Source: a virus (lineage: Duplodnaviria > Caudoviricetes). From it: 31,385 bases of DNA. The position numbers and the translations under genes are program-made. The first letter of the stretch is position 1. Every line of letters starts with the position of its first letter. Positions 1 through 6,383 of the stretch are shown in pieces. The DNA lies in the IMG/VR virus record IMGVR_UViG_3300021560_000053, positions 1-31,385 of that record; one strand, written 5' to 3'. The notes below the pieces were generated by a model. It searched no databases, was not told the DNA's origin, and saw nothing but the letters and a program-made list of their open reading frames with translations.

Positions 1-11
1 CGTATGCCCAT
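1..11 (-). CDS. 5' end of a gene running off the left edge of the window (M-G-I...)
   Basis: ATG at 11-9 preceded by a GAGGAG SD and a promoter-like element at 38-55; only 11 nt visible. Confidence 0.5.
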
Positions 12-55
12 CAGCTCGCTCCTCGGTGGTGGATTGCCATAGACGAAACGTAGCA
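11..55 (-). promoter_or_regulatory. Promoter P-A: extended -10 TGCTACGTT, 6 nt, then ATGGCAATCCACCAC (leaderless uORF MAIHHRGAS, 11..40)
   Basis: Same architecture recurs at 11570-11620 and 13718-13780. Confidence 0.65.
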
Positions 56-81
56 CGCCGCCCGGAACTTGCGGGGCGGTA

Positions 82-118
82 CTTGGCCAGGAGTCAGGTA
101 GCCCGACTTCGGGCCAAG
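82..118. repeat. Bipartite inverted-repeat site 1 (CTTGGCC-N23-GGCCAAG)
   Basis: cttggcc 82-88 and ggccaag 112-118, with inner arms aggagtc/cgaagtc; intergenic, just after the PKD gene stop. Confidence 0.75.
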
Positions 119-120
119 AG

Positions 121-597
121 CTAGTTGACCTGCACCTGCTGCACGGCGGAGTCGCTGCCGCCCGGGCCGTCGACCGTCAACGTGACCGAGTAATTGCCCT
201 TGCCCGGGTAGGCGTAATCCGTCGTCTGCCCGGTGTCGGTGCCGCCGTCGCCGAAATCCCAGACGTAGTCGGTCGCATCGGTTGAGCCGGAGGCGTCGAA
301 CGTGATCGGGTTGTTGCGCGTCGGCTGTGCTGGCGTGTACGTGAACGCCGCGACCGGCGCTGGCTCGTCCGGCGGCGGCAGCTCACTGACCGGCGTGGCG
401 ACGTGCGTGTGCTCCATCGCGAACTCGATCGCGTCAGCGGTCGCCAGCATGAACACCCGGTCCGCTCCGCTCGTGACGACCTGGAGCGCCTGGTCGATCG
501 CCGTCTGCGCGTCGCTCGCGACCGAGAGCACGGCGTTGGTCGGCTGGACCGGATACTCGTTCAGCGCGTTGCGTGTGAACACGATGTACTCAGTCAC
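121..597 (-). CDS. PKD (Ig-like) domain protein
   Basis: C-terminal PVAAFTYTP...ITFDASGS...YVWDFGDG...YAYPGKGNYSVTLTV is a canonical PKD signature; GAGGATGAG before the GTG. Confidence 0.85.
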   Translation of the reverse strand: MTEYIVFTRNALNEYPVQPTNAVLSVASDAQTAIDQALQVVTSGADRVFMLATADAIEFAMEHTHVATPVSELPPPDEPAPVAAFTYTPAQPTRNNPITFDASGSTDATDYVWDFGDGGTDTGQTTDYAYPGKGNYSVTLTVDGPGGSDSAVQQVQVN

Positions 598-607
598 CTC
601 ATCCTCC

Positions 608-901
608 TCATCGCGACGGCCATTGATCGGACGGTATCCACTTCCAGCCGACGCCTCGAACCGGCGGCCACCAGATCAGCCAGGCGGACGCCCCGGCGAT
701 CTCGGCGGCCGCCAGCAGCGCATGCCGGTCGGCGGGGAGGAAGTGGTCATAGGCGCGGCGGGTGTGCTTGACCTGGATCAGACGCGGCTGCATGCCGTCC
801 TGCAACGCGACCAAATCGACAATCCCTTTTGCGGCGCGGATCACCAGCCAGCCCTCCTCGGCCAGCAGCATCCTCAGCTTGCGCTCGTGTTGCAGGCTCA
901 C
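608..901 (-). CDS. Hjc-like PD-(D/E)xK Holliday junction resolvase
   Basis: HERKLRMLLAEEGWLVIR...VDLVAL...LIQVK matches the Hjc pattern E-x-L-GF-V-R...D-L-I-A...IEVK; GTG at 901 overlaps the upstream TGA. Confidence 0.7.
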   Translation of the reverse strand: MSLQHERKLRMLLAEEGWLVIRAAKGIVDLVALQDGMQPRLIQVKHTRRAYDHFLPADRHALLAAAEIAGASAWLIWWPPVRGVGWKWIPSDQWPSR

Positions 902-1107
902 ACCATCGCCATCTGCCCGTCGTGGACGGACGGCAGGCACTCCAGGTGACGGACGCGGTTGGGAAGACGCTCACGCAGCTTGATCGCGTTGGCGCCGCCT
1001 TGGGTCCGCAGCTCCTCCCAGCCAACCACCGGGAAGCACGGCGTGAACGGCCCTGAGTAACGGTCGTCCACCGGCTTCCCGCACTTCTCGCAGTTCCCGT
1101 AGATCAT
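898..1107 (-). CDS. Small zinc-finger protein
   Basis: CEKC...HLEC; coupled ATGA/GTGA overlaps on both sides. Confidence 0.65.
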   Translation of the reverse strand: MIYGNCEKCGKPVDDRYSGPFTPCFPVVGWEELRTQGGANAIKLRERLPNRVRHLECLPSVHDGQMAMV

Positions 1108-1286
1108 TTCTTCTTCGCCTTCTTACGTCGGTGTTCGGCTTCGCCTGCGGCCAGGATCGCGAACACGATCGGCCGCCACTTCAAATCCTCAAGCGTCTTC
1201 GGCCACAGGCCCTTGCGGACCTGCTCGGCGGTCAGCCTTGCGTCGTCCGTAGGTTCGGTCGAGCCACCAGAGGAGTCCGGCTTCAA
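1104..1286 (-). CDS. Small basic hypothetical protein (start uncertain)
   Basis: Stop overlaps the next ATG (ATGA) and the ORF fills the gap, but it overlaps the upstream ORF by about 100 nt. Confidence 0.4.
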   Translation of the reverse strand: MKPDSSGGSTEPTDDARLTAEQVRKGLWPKTLEDLKWRPIVFAILAAGEAEHRRKKAKKK

Positions 1287-1545
1287 GTGCCAGCTCCTCT
1301 ACGGCGGCGGGGATCGCGGCTCGCGGGACGCGGAGCGTACGCGAGAAGTCCAGCTCGCCGTGATGTCCGGCATTGCCCATCGGGCCTCCGCAGGCCCATA
1401 CCCAAGCGCGGGGATCGTCCGGGTCAATCCGGTGTCGGCGCAGGAGCTGGCGCGGGATGAGGTGGACGCGGACCAGGCGGCCGTCGCACTCAGTCCGGCC
1501 GCGTTCAAACACCCCGACTTCGGCCAGGTAGCAGACACGGCTCAC
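1189..1545 (-). CDS. Degenerate HNH-like endonuclease
   Basis: C...C..RLVRVHLIP...DPRAWVWACGG...GHH resembles the HNH ββα-Me layout; GTGA overlap. Confidence 0.55.
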   Translation of the reverse strand: MSRVCYLAEVGVFERGRTECDGRLVRVHLIPRQLLRRHRIDPDDPRAWVWACGGPMGNAGHHGELDFSRTLRVPRAAIPAAVEELALEAGLLWWLDRTYGRRKADRRAGPQGPVAEDA

Positions 1546-2108
1546 GACCCGGCCAGGATGCGCACGATCTCCATCTGCTCATACTCCGCCTGCTCACGCG
1601 GAACCTGCCGGGCACGGTCCTCGATCCAGTCCGGTCCGAAGTCCGGCCCCACCTCAGCCTCGGCGAACGCGATCCCGGCGTCAACGTGTTTCGCGTCCCG
1701 GAAGATCAGGTCGGCGTCCACGTGGCGCTGAATCGGCAGCCCTCTCGCGGAGCGCCCGGAGGAAGTGACGTACGGCTTGTTCATGTAGCCGATCACGCAG
1801 ACCTGTAGCTGCCGGGCGGTGTAGTTCTCGTGCAGCCGGGCGAGCACGCACTGAAGCCGCTTCCCGCCCAGGCCCCTCGTCCTCGGTGCCAACTTCGTCT
1901 TCCAAAACTCAAGTACCTCCATCGCGGTCTGGTAGAACGGGTCGCGCTCCGGCGCCCTCGCCTGTTCTCCCCGCAGCCGCTTGTTCTCACCCAGCGCCTT
2001 GTGAAGCTGCTCCAGGATGTCCTCGTAACGGCTCTCCGGCACCAGGCCCTCCAGGACGGCGCCGCACTCCGGACAGCCGATCACCGATTCTGGTCCAGAA
2101 CCTGCCAT
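1542..2108 (-). CDS. Putative replication protein: N-terminal CxxC and coiled coil, C-terminal phage replisome-organiser-like helical domain
   Basis: CPEC; EVLEFWKTK...KRLQCVLARLHENYTARQLQVCVIGY...DADLIFRDAKHVD resembles the C-terminal domains of phage replication initiators; GGGGAGG SD before ATG 2108. Confidence 0.5.
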   Translation of the reverse strand: MAGSGPESVIGCPECGAVLEGLVPESRYEDILEQLHKALGENKRLRGEQARAPERDPFYQTAMEVLEFWKTKLAPRTRGLGGKRLQCVLARLHENYTARQLQVCVIGYMNKPYVTSSGRSARGLPIQRHVDADLIFRDAKHVDAGIAFAEAEVGPDFGPDWIEDRARQVPREQAEYEQMEIVRILAGS

Positions 2109-2767
2109 ACCGCCTCCCCGTCCTCGGTCGTGCCGTCGATGTCGATCAGGCCCTGCTCCTCGCACCAGGCGTGCCACTCCAGCAGCGCGTGCTCAGGCGC
2201 CTCTACGGCCGCTGATTGCTCGGACGTAGGGTTGCCCTCGTCCGGTGCCTCTGTGGCGCCAGGGGGCGGCTCAGTGGCCTGAGCAGGCATGTCTGCGTCG
2301 TTGTCCGACCGGTCGGATTTTTCGGGCCGATATTTGATGATGAGGTCGGACTTCGACAGCGTCTCAGCGTCACTGAGCGCCTGCGCCGTGCCCACCTCGC
2401 CGGAGCGGATCGCCTTCAGGACGATCCCGACCTTGCTCGTCTCCAGCGTCTGCACCTTCGCCTCCGGGACCTGACGCTCGACCACCAGCGTCCGCCAGCC
2501 CTCGATCAGCGAGTAGTAGGTGGTGCGGCCGAGAGCGATGGCCGGGTCGCCCAGCCATTCGCCCTCGCTCTCGTACGTCGCCCACCGCCAGCCGTGGCGT
2601 TGCGACCACTCGTAGAGCAGCTTGGCCAAATCCCAGGAGTGTTTCCGGACTTGGCCAAGAGCGCCGACGATCAGCGCGTGCATCTCCAACGCCCACTCGC
2701 GGTTGGCCTCGACCTCCTCTGCCGTCAGCGCCTTCGCTGGCCTCGGTGAAGGATGGTCGTCGGCCAT
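2081..2767 (-). CDS. Hypothetical DNA-binding protein (DUF3102-like HTH region, acidic tail)
   Basis: LAKLLYE...WRWATYESEGEWL...LGRTTYYSLI pattern is typical of phage DUF3102-like proteins; TGATG coupling. Confidence 0.55.
   Translation of the reverse strand: MADDHPSPRPAKALTAEEVEANREWALEMHALIVGALGQVRKHSWDLAKLLYEWSQRHGWRWATYESEGEWLGDPAIALGRTTYYSLIEGWRTLVVERQVPEAKVQTLETSKVGIVLKAIRSGEVGTAQALSDAETLSKSDLIIKYRPEKSDRSDNDADMPAQATEPPPGATEAPDEGNPTSEQSAAVEAPEHALLEWHAWCEEQGLIDIDGTTEDGEAVWQVLDQNR
2304..2317. repeat. 14-bp palindrome TCCGACCGGTCGGA (copy 1)
   Basis: The 17-mer TTGTCCGACCGGTCGGA at 2301-2317 is identical to 26708-26724. Confidence 0.6.
2621..2659. repeat. Inverted-repeat site 2 (CTTGGCC-N25-GGCCAAG), intragenic
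   Basis: cttggccaaa 2621-2630 and cttggccaag 2650-2659; encoded with codons rare at this GC (CTT, CAA, AAA, TTG). Confidence 0.55.
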
Positions 2768-3288
2768 CAGAACGCCAGGTCGCCCTGTTGCGCTCCCTGC
2801 GTCTGGGTCGGCCCGTTCGTGGACTGGCCGCCTAGCGGCCCCGTCGTCGCGTCCTTGAGGATCGACGGGTTCACGTAGCCCTGGACCCGCGCGCGGATCT
2901 CACCGGCGTGATCGGGGCGGTTGTCCTCCTCGTCGCGGACGACGATCCCGACCGTCTTGCCAGCGAGCTGGTCGACATAGGTGTCGGACAGGCGGCCGTC
3001 CGATGCCGACATCTCGCCCTTCTGCACGTCCGGCCGGGCGACCCCGGCGGAGTCGATGAAGCCGTTGAGCTTCTGGATCGAAAACTCGTTCGGGCTGATG
3101 ACGATGTTGTCCCACTGGCGACCCTCGTTGTTCTCCAACGTCACCTTCAGCATCGGGAACCCACCGCTGCTCGTCTCGTTGCGCAGCTCCGAGACGGTCA
3201 CGATGTAGTTGCCCTTCGGCAGAGCCGGATGAGTCGGCGGGTGGTAGGCGTCTCCGCCCACGGCCGACGCGAAATCAAAACTGCTCAT
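2767..3288 (-). CDS. Single-stranded DNA-binding protein (DUF669 family)
   Basis: LPKGNYIVTVSE...SSGGFPMLKVTL...WDNIV...LAGKTVGIVVRDE with an aromatic C-terminus (DLAF); follows the Sak4-like gene; ATG at 3288. Confidence 0.75.
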   Translation of the reverse strand: MSSFDFASAVGGDAYHPPTHPALPKGNYIVTVSELRNETSSGGFPMLKVTLENNEGRQWDNIVISPNEFSIQKLNGFIDSAGVARPDVQKGEMSASDGRLSDTYVDQLAGKTVGIVVRDEEDNRPDHAGEIRARVQGYVNPSILKDATTGPLGGQSTNGPTQTQGAQQGDLAF

Positions 3289-4070
3289 GCTGCTGCTTCC
3301 TCCTGTTGTTGTGATGGATTGCCGATCGCCTGGAACCAGTCGGCCAGGTCGATTTCTCGGAAGTCGCCCAGGACGCCGAACCTGTCGCCGCCCTGGCGGC
3401 CGTTCCCGTTGAAAAGCTGTGCGACCCACTTCGGTCCGTCCGGCGTCTCCTTGCGGCCGGTGTACGCGACCACATCGACCATCTCGACCAGGCGCTGGCC
3501 CAGGTCAGGATTCGTCGTGCCGGTGTACGGCAGCCTGACGAAGCCGCCCTCCTGCTCGTCCTTGACGGGACGCTCGTGGCACACCATCACGAAGTTGCAC
3601 GGCATGTCGCACATGAACTTCGCCCAGCGGCCGATGATCGTGGTCACGTCCAGGTAGTGGTCGAGCGTCGGCTTCAGCGCCCGGCGGCTCACATCGTCCA
3701 GTAGGCGGCGGTGAAGCTGGCCGATCGGATCGGCTACGACGGTCGGCCAGATCGGCGCCTGGTTGTTCTCGGCGCACTGGTTGTAGGCCACCGCGACCTC
3801 GTTAATGAACTGCTCGGTGTTCTGCTTGCCCAGCTCCCAGCGCGGCGGCTCCGGCTCACGGATGCGCCCGTCCGGATCGAAATGGCGGCGCGCGTAGAAG
3901 GTGCTGTTGCGCTGGTCGAAGTTCAGCACCAGCACGCCGTCCTGCCTGGCGGCGCTGAGCGCGCCGGTCGTCTTGCCGGACTTGCCCGGCCCGTACAGAA
4001 GCACGTTGATGTACGGCACCTTGCTCGGGTCCGGCGCGGGCCTCATGTTGGCCTCGTCCAGATAAGTCAT
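3285..4070 (-). CDS. AAA_24 / Sak4-like ATPase recombinase
   Basis: Walker A LLYGPGKSGKTT, Walker B TVVADPI, VMVCHE, EMVDVVAY; sits between exonuclease and SSB. Confidence 0.85.
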   Translation of the reverse strand: MTYLDEANMRPAPDPSKVPYINVLLYGPGKSGKTTGALSAARQDGVLVLNFDQRNSTFYARRHFDPDGRIREPEPPRWELGKQNTEQFINEVAVAYNQCAENNQAPIWPTVVADPIGQLHRRLLDDVSRRALKPTLDHYLDVTTIIGRWAKFMCDMPCNFVMVCHERPVKDEQEGGFVRLPYTGTTNPDLGQRLVEMVDVVAYTGRKETPDGPKWVAQLFNGNGRQGGDRFGVLGDFREIDLADWFQAIGNPSQQQEEAAA

Positions 4071-5110
4071 CCCACCTCCAGTGGTTGTTGGATTGCCTCT
4101 CGGTCCTGCTTCGCCGGAACGCGCAGGAACAAGTCATCGACAAGCTGGCCGGTCGGGTCCTTGCAGATCCGCTTGAACCGGCAACCGTTGCAGACTAGCT
4201 GGCTGGCGTTCCGGATCGGGTACAGCTCACCGGAGTCCAGGTCGCGGATGTCCTTCGCGGCGCTGACCAGCTCGCGCCCGGCCTCCTCCAGCTCATCCGG
4301 GCGGAACAGCACATAGACCCGTTGCTGCCAGGTGCGGCCCTGGAGCGCCAGCACCATCTCCGGGTCCGGGTCCTGGCCGACCTCTGCGCATGCCTCCAGA
4401 TACTGCGGGACGGTCGTGAGCTGGTCCTTGTCGTTCGACACGGCGCCGGACCTCAGTCGCTTCGGCGGCTTCGGCACGGCGTTCAGCCGTTCGTCCACGA
4501 TGATCCCGATGACCCGGCGGCCGGTTTCCCGCTGACGCGCCCAGGCATACCACTTGTACTGCGGCGCCAGCTCGATGAACCAGCGCGGGTTCAGCCGCGT
4601 GCGCAGCTTGAACTCAACGATCCAGTCGGCGTCCTGCTCGGCCTCGGTGAAGCCGTCGATCTTGGCGCCGAAGCGGTAGCGACTGGAGCCGCGCACGCCG
4701 GTCCTTGACGGGATCGGCACGTCAATCGTGTGCTCCAGCCGGGTCAGGTTCGCGAGCGGGTCGCACAGGGAGATGTAGTGGAACAACATCATCTCCAGGT
4801 TCAACAGCGCGCCGTTGCGCTGGTCCAGCGTGGCGTCGGTCATCACGCCCATGTCGCGCATGAACGCCAGGTCTTCGTCAATCGACGCCCGCATCACGTC
4901 CAGCGCGTCGACAAAGGCCATGAGATCGGTGGTGGCCCGTTGATGCCAGGCTGCCACGCCCGCTCCCCAGGCGCGGCCGTCCCGGAGGATCGGTAGGACG
5001 TGCCGCGACTTCAGGGCGCTTCCAGCGAGTCGACCGCCGTATGAGAAATCCCACCTTGCCTTGCACGTCTGGGCTGTTGATACTTCGGTGTACGACAGGG
5101 ATCGGCTCAT
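4067..5110 (-). CDS. Cas4/RecB-like PD-(D/E)xK exonuclease with probable Fe-S cluster
   Basis: LSYTEVSTAQTCKARW...AKIDGF...WIVEFK...QYKWY...CNGCRFKRIC; likely start ATG 5110, since the longer ORF start overlaps a plus-strand gene. Confidence 0.85.
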   Translation of the reverse strand: MSRSLSYTEVSTAQTCKARWDFSYGGRLAGSALKSRHVLPILRDGRAWGAGVAAWHQRATTDLMAFVDALDVMRASIDEDLAFMRDMGVMTDATLDQRNGALLNLEMMLFHYISLCDPLANLTRLEHTIDVPIPSRTGVRGSSRYRFGAKIDGFTEAEQDADWIVEFKLRTRLNPRWFIELAPQYKWYAWARQRETGRRVIGIIVDERLNAVPKPPKRLRSGAVSNDKDQLTTVPQYLEACAEVGQDPDPEMVLALQGRTWQQRVYVLFRPDELEEAGRELVSAAKDIRDLDSGELYPIRNASQLVCNGCRFKRICKDPTGQLVDDLFLRVPAKQDREAIQQPLEVG

Positions 5111-5153
5111 AGGTAGACACCATACTCCAAGCATCGGACGGAAGGGAATCAAA

Positions 5154-5351
5154 ATGGCCATCGAAGACTCCGACTCGCCCGCCCTCGACACACTCGTCAC
5201 CCGACTCCAGGAGCTGGCTGAGGAAGCCGCCCAGCGGCTCAAGGACAGCCCGGCCGTGGCGCAGATCGAAGCCAAGTTCGACGCGCTCGTAGACGACGTA
5301 CAGGCTGCCGTTGAGGCCCTGGAGGAAGCGCGGGAGGAGCCGCAGGAGTGA
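5154..5351 (+). CDS. Small acidic coiled-coil protein (65 aa)
   Basis: GAAGGGAA SD, ATG 5154, MAIEDSDSPALDTLV...; first gene of the plus-strand island. Confidence 0.7.
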   Translation: MAIEDSDSPALDTLVTRLQELAEEAAQRLKDSPAVAQIEAKFDALVDDVQAAVEALEEAREEPQE

Positions 5352-5527
5352 GCCAGGAGGAGCGGGTGACGAAGCTGCCCGCGCCACCCGCAGTGATCCG
5401 GGACATGGCGATCGCCCGGCTCGCCACCAGCCTCACGGTGCTGGTCGACCAGATCATCCTGGAACGCTATCCGGCGGCGGCGCTAAGGTCAGCGCCGCCA
5501 CCCCAACCGGAGAGCGAGGCACGATGA
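5348..5527 (+). CDS. Small hypothetical protein (59 aa; not in ORF track)
   Basis: GTGA overlap upstream and ATGA overlap downstream; MSQEERVTKLPAPPAVIRDMAIARLATSLTVLVDQIILERYP... Confidence 0.65.
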   Translation: MSQEERVTKLPAPPAVIRDMAIARLATSLTVLVDQIILERYPAAALRSAPPPQPESEAR

Positions 5528-6297
5528 CCGTTGTCCTATTCGGTAACCCGGCGCCGCAGATGCAGACCGTCCTGCCGGACGGGTCCGTCATCAGCAGCCC
5601 TGCGTCCCACATCGCGCAGTCCGAGACGCGCATCGAGATGTGGGACGGGTTCGATGACCCGGACTTCCACGACCTGACGATGTCGACTCAGAACGACCGG
5701 CACCTGTCGCTGATCGGCGGCTACCTGGCGAACCAGCCGGACCTCGGCGATCACTACGCCGTGGGGTTGAACGAAGTCGAACAGGTTCTGCTGGTCCACT
5801 CGGCCGGTGCGAACCCCGACTGGATCTGGTCCGACGATCCGGCCTTCGCAACGGCGCTCGGCTCCTACCTCTCCTGCCCGGTGGTGGACGATCCGCCCTC
5901 AGCGTTGTTGACCAACGGCGGCCGGGACGCGTTGCACGCCCAGCACCTCGGCACCGCCGCCCAACCGGCGGCCTTCTTCTACATGGCGCTGACCGCCTCG
6001 GTCACGGCTCCGGCGGCGGGCGACACGGTGCTGACCGGCGAGATCGTCACGGCTGGCGGCGGCCTGCTCAGGGCGGCGGCGACGTATGCGCATACCGCCG
6101 GGACGAACACCACCACGCTCACCAAGACGTTCACCGCCAACGGCTCCGATGCCCTGCCGGTCACGATCGCGCAGATCGGCGTGTTCAACGCCACCTCCGC
6201 CGGGACGTTGGCCTACCACACGGCGCTCAGCTCGTCCGCCACGCTGAACGTGTCGGGCGACAACGTTGCGATCACCGAGACAGTGACGGCTGGCTGA
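5524..6297 (+). CDS. Fibre-attachment/structural protein with a C-terminal tail-fibre-base (DUF3751-like) domain
   Basis: LLTNGGRDAL...YMALT...PAAGDTVLTGE...TLTKTF...VTIAQIGVFNATSAGTL pattern; start ATG 5524. Confidence 0.65.
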   Translation: MTVVLFGNPAPQMQTVLPDGSVISSPASHIAQSETRIEMWDGFDDPDFHDLTMSTQNDRHLSLIGGYLANQPDLGDHYAVGLNEVEQVLLVHSAGANPDWIWSDDPAFATALGSYLSCPVVDDPPSALLTNGGRDALHAQHLGTAAQPAAFFYMALTASVTAPAAGDTVLTGEIVTAGGGLLRAAATYAHTAGTNTTTLTKTFTANGSDALPVTIAQIGVFNATSAGTLAYHTALSSSATLNVSGDNVAITETVTAG

Positions 6298-6380
6298 TGA
6301 CGAACACGCAGACGATCATCCTGCTGGTCGAAGTCGGGATCATCGCGACCTGCTACCTGATCGCGACGTTCCGTAAGTAG
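6297..6380 (+). CDS. 27-aa single-transmembrane microprotein (not in ORF track)
   Basis: MTNTQTIILLVEVGIIATCYLIATFRK; TGATG coupling, and it fills the gap exactly before ATG 6384. Confidence 0.65.
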   Translation: MTNTQTIILLVEVGIIATCYLIATFRK

Positions 6381-6383
6381 CTC

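Noticed and set aside
4067-5110. Cas4-like nuclease as a sign of CRISPR-Cas
   Set aside because: No repeat-spacer array or other cas genes; exonuclease-Sak4-SSB is a standard phage recombination module
5108-5135. Fourth MAI-type promoter before the exonuclease
   Set aside because: A TATGGT -10 lies 8 nt before the ATG and there is no SD, so the gene may be leaderless, but the GGCAAT motif and 6-nt spacing are absent; not counted in the family
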